Position numbers and translations under genes: made by a program. From the NCBI GenBank assembly GCA_046726415.1, contig JBKPAK010000293.1, forward strand, positions 1 to 32,023: a DNA stretch of 32,023 nt, in the 5' to 3' direction. The notes under the pieces were generated by a model, which saw nothing but the letters and a program-made list of their open reading frames with translations, was not told the origin of the DNA and ran no database searches. This stretch comes from Candidatus Methylomirabilota bacterium (GTDB lineage: Bacteria; Methylomirabilota; Methylomirabilia; Rokubacteriales; CSP1-6). Below, in pieces: positions 21,536-31,893 of the stretch. Position 1 is the first letter of the stretch. The number at the start of each line of letters is the position of its first letter.

Positions 21536-22889
21536 CTCGGAGGCGCACCCGGATACCATCGCCGCGATCGCGACCGCGACCGGCGAGAGTGCGATTGCCG
21601 TCATTCGCGTCAGCGGCCCCACGGCTTTGGACGTGGTCGCGCCGCTCATCCGGTCCCGGACCGCCTTGGGTTCCCTCCCGTCACATCGGCTGACGCGCGT
21701 GGTGCTCACGGACCCGCTCACCGGCCGCATGGTCGACGATGCGCTCTGCACCGTGATGCGCGCGCCTAGCTCCTACACGGGTGAGGATACGGTGGAGATC
21801 TCCTGTCACGGCAGTCCCACTTTGGCCGCGATGCTGCTCGAGCGCCTGATCCAGGGCGGGGCGCGGCTGGCCGAACCGGGCGAGTTCACGCGACGCGCCT
21901 TCGTCAACGGACGGCTCGACCTCGCGCAAGCCGAGGCCGTAGCGTTGCTGATCGCCGCTCGGACGGAACGAGCAGTCGCTCTGGCCGCCCGCGGTATCGC
22001 CGGCGATCTCTCGCGCCGCCTGGAAGTTCTCCGAGAAGAGCTGCTCGAGGTGATCGCCGGCCTCGAGGTCGTGCTCGACTTCCCGGAGGAGGTCTCGGCG
22101 CCGGAAAATCCAGAAATTGCTCATGATATCAGTAGGTTGTTGGGCGAGGCTGGCTCTCTGGTTCGGGGGGCGAAGATGGGCCGGGCTGCACAGTCTGGGG
22201 TGACCATCGCCATCGTCGGACCGCCCAACGCGGGGAAGTCGAGCCTCTTCAACGCGCTGCTCGGGCGAGACCGGGCGATCGTCACTCCCCAGGCCGGCAC
22301 TACGCGGGATGTCATCGAAGGCACAATCGTTGTCGGCGGTACTCCTGTGCGCCTGATGGACACCGCGGGACTAGGAGAGCCGCGAGATCACATCGATGAG
22401 GAAGGCATGCGGAGAGCCCGCGCTGCCATGGCCGAGAGCGACGTTCTGCTCGTCGTCCTGGACGGGAGCCAAGCGCCGGACCGAACGCTCATCGCGGAGA
22501 CCCAGGGGCTCCCCCACATCGTCGTGTTCTCGAAGAGCGACCTCGGCACTCATCCCAATGCTCTGCTGTTTGGCAACGCGGTTCTGGCGTCCGTGAAGTC
22601 CGAGGACGGCCTCGACGCGCTCCTCTCGCGTCTGCGAGCCGCGGTGGCGGAGCGAGCGGGTATCGACGGTGACGAGAGCGCCATTGCCGTCTCCGTGCGC
22701 CAGGTTGAAATACTCCAGAAGCTGGAGGACTCGCTTCGACGGAGCGAGTTGGCGCTGGTCACCGCCCCCACGGAGATCGCATTGCTCGAGCTGAAGGTGG
22801 CACTGGAGGCAGTTTGCGAGCTGCTCGGCGTAGATGTTGGAGACGCGGTGCTCGATACGGTTTTCTCGAAGTTCTGCGTCGGGAAGTGA
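21519..22889 (+). CDS. mnmE: tRNA modification GTPase MnmE (TrmE); start proposed at a non-canonical ACG
   Basis: DTIAAIATATGESAIAVIRVSGP begins at 21552, followed by SYTGED.VEISCHG, GEFTRRAFVNG, GPPNAGKSSLFN, GTTRD, DTAG and C-terminal FCVGK. The start coordinate is inferred. Confidence 0.93.
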   Translation, partial: TPPAPDSEAHPDTIAAIATATGESAIAVIRVSGPTALDVVAPLIRSRTALGSLPSHRLTRVVLTDPLTGRMVDDALCTVMRAPSSYTGEDTVEISCHGSPTLAAMLLERLIQGGARLAEPGEFTRRAFVNGRLDLAQAEAVALLIAARTERAVALAARGIAGDLSRRLEVLREELLEVIAGLEVVLDFPEEVSAPENPEIAHDISRLLGEAGSLVRGAKMGRAAQSGVTIAIVGPPNAGKSSLFNALLGRDRAIVTPQAGTTRDVIEGTIVVGGTPVRLMDTAGLGEPRDHIDEEGMRRARAAMAESDVLLVVLDGSQAPDRTLIAETQGLPHIVVFSKSDLGTHPNALLFGNAVLASVKSEDGLDALLSRLRAAVAERAGIDGDESAIAVSVRQVEILQKLEDSLRRSELALVTAPTEIALLELKVALEAVCELLGVDVGDAVLDTVFSKFCVGK

Positions 22890-23500
22890 GCGATCCTTAC
22901 GCGAGGCTGTGCGAGGGGGCCAGCAAGATCCTCGATCGCCCACTCGCCAGCGGGGAAGCTGACGCCATCTGTAAGTATCTAGATCTGCTCGAATCATGGA
23001 ATAGGGTCCATAGGCTCGTGGGCGCTTCAGATCGAAACTGGATGGTCGACAACGTGATCCTGGATAGCCTTCTGTTTCTCCGCGTCATCCCGCCGTGGGC
23101 GAATACCGTACTCGATATAGGCTCTGGAGCCGGTATCCCGGGGATCCCAATGAAGATCGTTCGCCCTGAGCTCTCGATGGTCATGGCTGAGTCTCGAAGA
23201 AAGCGGGCGTCATTCCTCTCGACAGTCGTGAGAGCACTGGCGCTGCGGGACGTCAAGGTCCTTCATGGGCGCGCAGAGTCCCTGGTCGGCGGAGGCCTTG
23301 TGTTCGACGCCGTGGTCGCGCGCTGCGTGGACGAAGGCGGCCGTATCCTGTTGCTCGGCCTCAGCCTTACTAGACCGGGTGGCGCTGTCGTTGTCGCCGG
23401 GCCCCCTTCTGGGCGGTCCGAACTAGTCCGTGGAGACTGGCGGCAGGTTATCAATCCGGTGACTGGACTCACCCGCAACTTCGCGGTAGCGACGAACTGA
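22886..23500 (+). CDS. rsmG: 16S rRNA m7G527 methyltransferase RsmG (GidB)
   Basis: GTGA overlap with the mnmE stop; YLDLLESWNRVHRL, ILDSL, LDIGSGAGIPGIP, ESRRKRASFL, and GRAE. Confidence 0.92.
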   Translation: MSDPYARLCEGASKILDRPLASGEADAICKYLDLLESWNRVHRLVGASDRNWMVDNVILDSLLFLRVIPPWANTVLDIGSGAGIPGIPMKIVRPELSMVMAESRRKRASFLSTVVRALALRDVKVLHGRAESLVGGGLVFDAVVARCVDEGGRILLLGLSLTRPGGAVVVAGPPSGRSELVRGDWRQVINPVTGLTRNFAVATN

Positions 23501-23510
23501 CATCTGGGCA

Positions 23511-23526
23511 TGTTTCACGTGAAACG
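23511..23526. promoter_or_regulatory. parS site 1
   Basis: TGTTTCACGTGAAACG, a 15/16 match to the parS palindrome TGTTTCACGTGAAACA. Confidence 0.92.
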
Positions 23527-23599
23527 CCGGGAACTGCACTTGACACAATGAGAAATAGCCGGGCCATCGCGGCGAAGTGTTATGCTCCCTCTGGCCCAG

Positions 23600-23615
23600 T
23601 GTTCCACGTGAAACA
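23600..23615. promoter_or_regulatory. parS site 2
   Basis: TGTTCCACGTGAAACA matches TGTTNCACGTGAAACA and lies 12 bp upstream of the parA ATG. Confidence 0.93.
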
Positions 23616-23627
23616 GGAACGAGTTGA

Positions 23628-24389
23628 ATGGCGACGGTACTCGCGATCGTGAATCAAAAAGGCGGCGTCGGGAAGACTACGACAGCCGTGAATCTATCCT
23701 CGGCGATCGCCCTCACCGGTCGCCCAACCCTGCTCGTTGATCTCGACCCGCAAGGGAACGCCACCACGGGGATCGGTGTGGCCAAGGAGGGGTTGTACCC
23801 GACCGTCTACCACGTGCTGCTCGGAGAAGAATCTGCCGAGAGCGCGCTCCATCAGACGGGGGTGAAAGGCCTCTCTATCCTTCCATCGGACATTGATCTC
23901 GTCGGCGCGGAGATCGAGCTGGTCGGCGTGGACAGACGTGAATACGTGGTCAGAGAAGCGCTTCAATCCCTCAGGAACGCCCTCGACTACATCGTGATCG
24001 ACTGTCCACCCTCCCTGGGCTTGCTCACATTGAATGCCTTGACCGCCTCAGACAAGGTGCTGGTCCCTCTGCAATGCGAGTTCTATGCTCTCGAGGGACT
24101 GGCCCATCTGATCAAGACGATCTCGAAGGTTCGAGAGCGACTGAACCCCGTGCTTGAGGTCGCGGGCATTGCCCTCACCATGTTCGATGGCCGCACCAGC
24201 ATGGCGCTCCAGATTCGGGACGAGGTGAACCGCTATTTTCCCGGCCAGATCTTCGACACGGTGATTCCAAGAAGCATTAGGGTGACGGAGGCCCCGAGCC
24301 ACGGGAAACCCGTCATGCTCTACGATTTAAAATCCAGTGGCTCTATCGCCTATCTGGAGCTCGCCCGGGAGGTGCTCAATGGTTCCTAA
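23628..24389 (+). CDS. parA: Chromosome partitioning ATPase ParA/Soj
   Basis: NQKGGVGKTTTAVNL, DLDPQGNATTG, IDCPPSLGLLT, QCEFYALEGL, and EAPSHG. Confidence 0.97.
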   Translation: MATVLAIVNQKGGVGKTTTAVNLSSAIALTGRPTLLVDLDPQGNATTGIGVAKEGLYPTVYHVLLGEESAESALHQTGVKGLSILPSDIDLVGAEIELVGVDRREYVVREALQSLRNALDYIVIDCPPSLGLLTLNALTASDKVLVPLQCEFYALEGLAHLIKTISKVRERLNPVLEVAGIALTMFDGRTSMALQIRDEVNRYFPGQIFDTVIPRSIRVTEAPSHGKPVMLYDLKSSGSIAYLELAREVLNGS

Positions 24390-25221
24390 GCGTGGCCTCG
24401 GTCGAGGACTGGGCGCCCTGCTCGCCTCCACGCCGTCAGAGGGCGAAACACTCGTGGACGTTCATCTCGACGAGATCAAGCCGAATTCCAACCAGCCACG
24501 AAAGAACTTCGAGCCCGGGAGGCTCGAGGAGCTGGCGGCGTCGATGAGGGCTTCCGGGGTTCTACAGCCAGTCATCGCGCGCAAGACTCCGCATGGTTAC
24601 GAGCTGATCGCCGGCGAGCGCCGCTGGAGGGCTGCACGACTGGCCGGTCTGGAACGGATCCCGGTGATCGTACGTGAGGCTACCGACGCCCAGAGCCTGG
24701 AACTAGCGCTGGTTGAGAACCTCCTCAGAGAAGACCTCAACCCGATCGAGGAAGCCGAGGCGTATCAGAAGCTCTTGGTGCAATTCGACTGGATTCAGGA
24801 TGAGCTCGCCCAGAAGCTAGGAAAGGATCGGAGCTCGATTTCCAATAGCTTGCGGCTACTGCGTTTGCCAGAGGTCATCCAGGATGACCTCAAGGCGGGC
24901 CGTCTCGCGATGGGGCATGCCAGAGCACTTCTGGCGTTGGCCTTGCCGTCAGAGCAGCTCAAGCTGAGAGATGAGATCCTCACACATTCGTGGTCCGTGC
25001 GGGCCACGGAGGAAGGGGTCAACCTCCGCCGCGCGACGAGAGGGCGCCGTCGTCGCTCTCCTGAGCTGATGGCTCTCGAGGAATCACTGCAACGAGCATT
25101 GATGACGCGCGTGAAAGTCGTCGGACACGACCGTCGTGGGAAGATCGAGATCGCATATGCCAGCGCTGACGAGCTTGAGCGCATCGCGATGGCGTTGATG
25201 GCACCGATCGATCGCAAGTGA
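24379..25221 (+). CDS. parB: Chromosome partitioning protein ParB/Spo0J
   Basis: ATG 24379; [18 protein letters not shown], the CTPase motif in [27 protein letters not shown], and an HTH containing [14 protein letters not shown]. Confidence 0.97.
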   Translation: MVPKRGLGRGLGALLASTPSEGETLVDVHLDEIKPNSNQPRKNFEPGRLEELAASMRASGVLQPVIARKTPHGYELIAGERRWRAARLAGLERIPVIVREATDAQSLELALVENLLREDLNPIEEAEAYQKLLVQFDWIQDELAQKLGKDRSSISNSLRLLRLPEVIQDDLKAGRLAMGHARALLALALPSEQLKLRDEILTHSWSVRATEEGVNLRRATRGRRRRSPELMALEESLQRALMTRVKVVGHDRRGKIEIAYASADELERIAMALMAPIDRK

Positions 25222-25256
25222 ATGAGCTCTCAAGCTTCGGAAATTTGCCAGAGGCA

Positions 25257-26354
25257 ATGAGCGACGAACGCGACCGCATCGTCGTGGGGATGAGCGGCGG
25301 GGTCGACTCCTCCGTCGCGGCGGCGATTCTCGTCGAGCAGGGCCACGAGGTCATTGGCGTGACCCTGCGGGTGTCGCCGTGGCAGAAGCCGGACGATCCC
25401 GTCCGCCGCTTTGGAAGCTGCTGTTCGTTCGAGACGACGGACGGCGCGCGGCACGTGGCCCGCCGCCTCGGGATCCCGCACTATCTGCTGAATTCCGAGG
25501 AGGAGTTCGCCCGCGTCGTGATCGATCCCTTCGTGGAAGCCTATCGGGGCGGTCGAACGCCCGTTCCCTGCGTTTCCTGTAACAAGAACCTAAAGTTCGG
25601 TTCTCTCCTCGGGCGGGCCCGGGCGTGGGACGCCGCCGCGGTGGCCACCGGCCACTACGCGCGCATTACCCGCGATTCGACGAGCGGCCGCTACCTGCTC
25701 TGGCGCGGGCGCGACGCCCGCAAGGATCAATCGGACTTCCTGTGGCCCCTCACGCAGCAGCAGCTGGCCGCCGCGCGCTTCCCCGTGGGCCACCTGACGA
25801 AAGACGAGGTCCGTCAGTACGCCCGCCGCCTGGAATTGGCGACGGCGGAGGCCCCGGAGAGCCAGGAGCTCTGTTTCATTCCCGACCACGATTACCGGGG
25901 CTTTCTCCGCCGACGGCAGCCTGACGTCTTCCGCCCGGGCGCGATCGTGGACGGCGAGGGCGCGGTGCTCGGAACGCACCCCGGCATCGCCAACTACACG
26001 ATCGGGCAGAAGAAGGGACTCGGCCTCGGGCGCTCTCAGTCCGTCTACGTCGTCGATCTCGACCCTGACTCCAACGTGGTGCGGGTCGGTCCCGCGAGCG
26101 ACCTCGAGCGCGTGAGGCTCCTGGCGACGTCGGTCAACTTCATCGCCTGCGCGCCCCCTGAGACTCCCCTGCGGGTGGAGGCCCAAATCCGCCACAAGCA
26201 CTCGGCCGCCCCGGCGACAGTGCGGATGGTTGCCGAGGACCGCGCGGAGGTCGTCTTCAGCGAGCCTCAGCGCGCGATCACTCCTGGCCAGTCGGTCGTG
26301 TGGTACCAGTGTGATGGCGTGGTCGGGGGCGGGGTCATTCTTCGCGAACCGTGA
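25257..26354 (+). CDS. mnmA: tRNA-specific 2-thiouridylase MnmA
   Basis: PP-loop [23 protein letters not shown]...KF, ATGHYA, KDQS.FL, ESQELCF, and QRAITPGQ. An alternative GTG start lies at 25218. Confidence 0.96.
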   Translation: MSDERDRIVVGMSGGVDSSVAAAILVEQGHEVIGVTLRVSPWQKPDDPVRRFGSCCSFETTDGARHVARRLGIPHYLLNSEEEFARVVIDPFVEAYRGGRTPVPCVSCNKNLKFGSLLGRARAWDAAAVATGHYARITRDSTSGRYLLWRGRDARKDQSDFLWPLTQQQLAAARFPVGHLTKDEVRQYARRLELATAEAPESQELCFIPDHDYRGFLRRRQPDVFRPGAIVDGEGAVLGTHPGIANYTIGQKKGLGLGRSQSVYVVDLDPDSNVVRVGPASDLERVRLLATSVNFIACAPPETPLRVEAQIRHKHSAAPATVRMVAEDRAEVVFSEPQRAITPGQSVVWYQCDGVVGGGVILREP

Positions 26355-26359
26355 GCCCG

Positions 26360-26387
26360 TTGACTTGGCCAAGCGGCGGGTGATACT
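26360..26387 (+). promoter_or_regulatory. Candidate sigma-70 promoter for atpFHAGDC
   Basis: TTGACT-16 bp-GATACT, upstream of atpF. Confidence 0.5.
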
Positions 26388-26432
26388 TTTCACAAACCTC
26401 GTCCTCGACTGAACGAGACCGGGAGACCCCTC

Positions 26433-27020
26433 ATGCTTCGGCGTAGATGGATGTGGACTTCTGCCAGTCTGGCTGCCGGTGTCGCTTGCATCTTGCCCTC
26501 GCTCGCCGGGGCGGCCTCCGACGGAGGACATGGCGGCGGGTTCATCAGTCTGGACAAGTCGCTCATCATCCAGGTCGTCAACTTTCTCATCCTGCTGTTC
26601 TTGCTCCAGAGGATCCTCTACAAGCCTCTCCTGGCGAAGATGTCCGAACGCACCGAGGCGATCAGGCAATCGCTGGACGAGGCCCAGCGCGCCCGCGCCG
26701 AGGCCGCTCGACAGCAGGAGGAGAACGTGGAGAGGCTGCGCGCGGCTCACGCGGAAGCGGCGTCCATCCGCGCGGCCGCACTCAAGGAAGCGGCCGAGGA
26801 GCAGAGGAAGCTCGTCGAGGCCGCGCGCGCCGAAGCCGCGCGACTCGTCGAGTCGGCGCGCGCCCAGATGGATGCCGACATCCGCCGCGCCCGCGAGGAA
26901 TTGCGCCGCGAGGTCGGCGACCTCGCGATCGGCGTGGCCGAGAAGCTCATTCGCAAGAGTCTCGACGACGCCGATCATCGGCGCCTCGTCGCCGAGGCCG
27001 TCGATCAGTTCAGGAACTGA
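26433..27020 (+). CDS. atpF: ATP synthase F0 subunit b
   Basis: LIIQVVNFLILLFLL.RILYKPL...ERTEAI, an Ala/Glu-rich coiled coil, and AEKLIRKSLD. It has an N-terminal signal-like extension. Confidence 0.93.
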   Translation: MLRRRWMWTSASLAAGVACILPSLAGAASDGGHGGGFISLDKSLIIQVVNFLILLFLLQRILYKPLLAKMSERTEAIRQSLDEAQRARAEAARQQEENVERLRAAHAEAASIRAAALKEAAEEQRKLVEAARAEAARLVESARAQMDADIRRAREELRREVGDLAIGVAEKLIRKSLDDADHRRLVAEAVDQFRN

Positions 27021-27170
27021 CGGTGAAGGAGTCGGCGCTTTGGCAAACCGGCAGGGACCGCCAGGGGGGACTGGGCTCAGGGATGGATCTGGCCGGGGAA
27101 GCCAGAAGGGCCGGCGCAGCCCTTTCGATCGGTGGATCCGGCGGCCGCGGCCTCTGACGTGAACTGACCC

Positions 27171-27719
27171 GTGCGCCAGCATCACGGAACTGCCAAACCG
27201 TACGCCAAGGCCGTCTTCGACCTGGCCAGCGAGCGCGGGCAGGTGGAGGCCATTGGGCAGGAGATCGAAGCAGTGGCGGAGCAGGTCCAGGCCGAGCCGG
27301 CCCTCCGCGACTTCTTCGGTCGGCCGTGGGTGACCGCTGCCGTCAAGCGCGGTGCGGCCCTCGAGATCGCGTCGCGGCTCGGTGTATCTCAGTTGACTCG
27401 CGACCTGGTCGGGTTGGTGGCCGGGCTGGGCCGTGCCAATCAGTTCCCGGCGCTTGCCGAAGCCTACCGAGACCAGGTCGATCGGAGCCTCGGCCGAGTA
27501 CGGGTGCGCGTGCACACGGCGGTGGCGCTGACCGACGATGAACGGGCCTTGCTGGCCACCAAGCTGCGCAGCGCGCTGGGGGGCAACCAGGTGATATTCG
27601 AGGAGACGGTTGACCGCAGTCTCCTGGGGGGCTTCATCGCCGAGAGCGGAAGCTATGTGGTCGATGGCAGCCTCGAAGGACAGCTGGAGCGAATGCGCCA
27701 GCGTCTGAGTCGCGGATGA
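27171..27719 (+). CDS. atpH: ATP synthase F1 subunit delta
   Basis: AKPYAKAVF at the N-terminus and VDRSLLGGFIAESGSYVVDGSLEGQLERM at the C-terminus; position in the operon fits. Confidence 0.93.
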   Translation: MRQHHGTAKPYAKAVFDLASERGQVEAIGQEIEAVAEQVQAEPALRDFFGRPWVTAAVKRGAALEIASRLGVSQLTRDLVGLVAGLGRANQFPALAEAYRDQVDRSLGRVRVRVHTAVALTDDERALLATKLRSALGGNQVIFEETVDRSLLGGFIAESGSYVVDGSLEGQLERMRQRLSRG

Positions 27720-27784
27720 GAGGCGAGCCGGGGGCAGCACGAGACCGTATGAAACCGGGCGAGCGGAGCGACGCGGGCCGAGCC

Positions 27785-28024
27785 CAGGCCACCTGGGCTT
27801 CTAACCGAGCGCGCGTCACCGCTACACAGCGCGGCCACCCGCGCCTGGGGCAGGCCACCTGCGCTTCGAACCGGGCACGCGTCGCCGCTACACAGCGCGG
27901 CCACCCGCGCCTGGGGCAGGCCACCTGCGCCTCGAACCAGGCACGCGTCGCCGCTACACAGCGCGGCCACCCGCGCCTGGGGCAGGCCACCTGCGTTTCG
28001 AACCGGGCATGCGTCGCCGCTACA
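27785..28024. repeat. 66-bp tandem repeat, about 3.6 copies, between atpH and atpA
   Basis: caggccacctg begins at 27785, 27851, 27917 and 27983, and the units are nearly identical over their full length. Confidence 0.97.
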
Positions 28025-28035
28025 AAGGACGAGGA

Positions 28036-29562
28036 ATGATCAAGGCAGGCGAGATCAGCGAAATCATCAAGCGCCAGCTCGCGGGCTACGAGGCGGAAGT
28101 CGATCTACAGGAAGTCGGGCGGGTCATCGAGGTGGGAGATGGGATCGCCCGCGTCTACGGCCTCGATCGCGCCATGGCCGGCGAGCTGCTCACGTTCCCG
28201 GGCGACGTGGTGGGCATGGTGCTCAACCTCGAGCAGGACAACGTGGGCGCCGTGCTCCTCGGCGAGGACACGGCCATCAAGGAAGGCGACATCGTCAAGC
28301 GGACGAACCGCATCGCCCAGGTGCCGGTTGGCGACGCCCTGATCGGGCGCGTGGTCAATGCCCTCGGCGAGCCGGTGGACGGCAAAGGTCCCATCCAGAC
28401 CCAGGAGTTCCGTCCCATCGAGCGCTATGCGCCAGGTGTGGTCGACCGCCGCTCCGTCAAGGAGCCGCTGCAAACCGGTCTCAAGGCCATCGACTCGATG
28501 ATCCCCATAGGGCGGGGGCAGCGCGAGCTGATCATCGGCGATCGCGGCACCGGCAAGACCGCCGTCGCCGTCGACACCATCATCAATCAGAAAGGGCAGG
28601 AGGTCTTCTGCTTCTACGTGGCCATCGGCCAGAAGCGTTCGACCGTCGCCCAGGTGGTGAAGGTGCTGGAGGACTCCGGCGCCATGGCCTTCACGACGGT
28701 GGTGGTGGCCTCGGCCTCGGAACCGGCGCCGCTGCAGTACATCGCGCCATACGCCGGCGTCACCATGGGCGAGCATTTCCGCGACTCCGGTCGCCACGCG
28801 CTGTGCATCTACGACGATCTCTCCAAGCACGCCACCGCGTACCGGCAGCTCTCGCTCTTGCTCCGCCGGCCCCCAGGCCGCGAGGCGTATCCGGGCGACG
28901 TCTTTTACCTGCACTCGCGCCTGCTCGAGCGGGCAGCCAAGCTGAACGATCAACTCGGAGGCGGATCGCTCACCGCGCTGCCCATCATCGAGACCCAGCT
29001 CGGCGACGTGGCGGCCTACATCCCGACCAACGTCATCTCCATCACTGACGGCCAGATCTATCTGGAGGCGGACCTCTTCTATGGCGGTGTGCGTCCGGCC
29101 GTCAACGTGGGCTTGTCCGTGTCGCGGGTGGGCGGCTCCGCGCAGATCCGCGCCATGCGGCAGGTGGCGGGCAAGCTGCGGCTGGATCTCGCGCAGTATC
29201 GCGAGCTGGCGGCGTTTGCCCAGTTCGGCTCCGACCTCGACCGGGCCACCCAGCTCCAGCTCGCGCGCGGCCAGCGCATGGTGGAGGTCCTCAAGCAGGG
29301 GCAGTATCATCCGCTGTCGGTCGAGAAGCAGGTGGCCATCATCTTTGCCGGCACCCAGGGCTTGCTCGACGACCTCCCGGTGGACGCGGTGCGTCCCTTC
29401 GAGGATTTCTTCTATGGCTGGCTCGATCGGAAGCAGGCGCAGACCCTCGCGGAGATCCGAGACAAAAGGGAGATCAGCGACGCCGTGCGCGAGACGCTCA
29501 CCAAGGCCGTGACCGACGCCAAGGTAGAGTTCATGGCCGCCAAGGGTATCAAGGCCGCCTGA
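28036..29562 (+). CDS. atpA: ATP synthase F1 subunit alpha
   Basis: ATG 28036 ([11 protein letters not shown]); [49 protein letters not shown], and FAQFGSDLD. Confidence 0.99.
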   Translation: MIKAGEISEIIKRQLAGYEAEVDLQEVGRVIEVGDGIARVYGLDRAMAGELLTFPGDVVGMVLNLEQDNVGAVLLGEDTAIKEGDIVKRTNRIAQVPVGDALIGRVVNALGEPVDGKGPIQTQEFRPIERYAPGVVDRRSVKEPLQTGLKAIDSMIPIGRGQRELIIGDRGTGKTAVAVDTIINQKGQEVFCFYVAIGQKRSTVAQVVKVLEDSGAMAFTTVVVASASEPAPLQYIAPYAGVTMGEHFRDSGRHALCIYDDLSKHATAYRQLSLLLRRPPGREAYPGDVFYLHSRLLERAAKLNDQLGGGSLTALPIIETQLGDVAAYIPTNVISITDGQIYLEADLFYGGVRPAVNVGLSVSRVGGSAQIRAMRQVAGKLRLDLAQYRELAAFAQFGSDLDRATQLQLARGQRMVEVLKQGQYHPLSVEKQVAIIFAGTQGLLDDLPVDAVRPFEDFFYGWLDRKQAQTLAEIRDKREISDAVRETLTKAVTDAKVEFMAAKGIKAA

Positions 29563-29577
29563 CGGACCCCGGCCGGC

Positions 29578-30450
29578 ATGCCCACCCTTCGCGATATCCG
29601 GCGGCGGATTCGCTCCGTCGAGTCGACACAGAAGATCACGCGGGCCATGAAGCTCGTGGCGGCGGCGAAGCTTCGCCGCGCCCAGGAGCGCATCCTGGCC
29701 GCCCGTCCGTATGCCAGCAAGATGGCCGAGTTGCTCGGTCACCTGGTGGCCAGCACGGAATCGTCGGAAGGGGCCGTCCATCGGCTCCTCGAACAGCGAG
29801 AAGGGCCGCGCCGACTCATCGCGATCATCACCGCGGACAAGGGGTTGGCCGGGGCGTTCAACGCCAATATCATCCGGCGCTCGCTGGAGTTCATCCGCGA
29901 GTCGAACGCCACCGCCTTGACCCTCGTGGTGGTCGGGCGCAAGGCGCGCGATTTCTACCGGCGCCGGCAGTGGACGATCAAGCGCGATCTGATCGGCTTC
30001 TGGGACCGGCTGGCGTACAGCCACGCCCAGGAGCTGGCCGATTACTTCATGCAGCAATATCTCGACGGCGAGGTGGACGAGGTCTATCTCATCTACAACG
30101 AGTTCCGCTCGGTGGCCGTCCAGCGCCCGGTGCGCGAGCAGCTCCTGCCCATCCCACGCGCCCACGTGGAGGGCGCCGGGCAGGCGCCCGTGGACTACAT
30201 CTACGAGCCGAGTCCCCAGGCCATCCTGAGTGATCTGCTGCCGCGCCACGTGCGCACCCAGGTGTATCGGGCCCTGATGGAGTCGGCGGCCGGGGAGTAT
30301 GGCGCGCGCATGACGGCTATGGAAGCGGCCACCAAGAACGCCAAGGAGATGATCGACGTGCTGACCATTCAGTACAACAAGGCACGCCAGGAACGCATTA
30401 CCAAGGAATTGCTCGACATCGTTGGGGGCGCGGAGGCGCTCAAGCAGTAG
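29578..30450 (+). CDS. atpG: ATP synthase F1 subunit gamma
   Basis: IRRRIRSVESTQKITRAMKLVAAAK, DKGLAGAFN, and ARMTAMEAATKNA...YNKARQERITKEL. Confidence 0.99.
   Translation: MPTLRDIRRRIRSVESTQKITRAMKLVAAAKLRRAQERILAARPYASKMAELLGHLVASTESSEGAVHRLLEQREGPRRLIAIITADKGLAGAFNANIIRRSLEFIRESNATALTLVVVGRKARDFYRRRQWTIKRDLIGFWDRLAYSHAQELADYFMQQYLDGEVDEVYLIYNEFRSVAVQRPVREQLLPIPRAHVEGAGQAPVDYIYEPSPQAILSDLLPRHVRTQVYRALMESAAGEYGARMTAMEAATKNAKEMIDVLTIQYNKARQERITKELLDIVGGAEALKQ

Positions 30451-31892
<1,442 letters not shown>

Positions 31893-31893
<1 letters not shown>

Noticed and set aside
27041..27105. c-di-GMP-I riboswitch-like GGCAAACC start in the atpF-atpH spacer
   Set aside because: It lacks the GNRA loop and the following GACGCAAAGC segment, and the context is implausible.
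27785..28024. CRISPR array interpretation of the 66-bp repeats, and of 8712-8900
   Set aside because: The units are similar along their whole length with no unique spacers, and there are no cas genes in the window.
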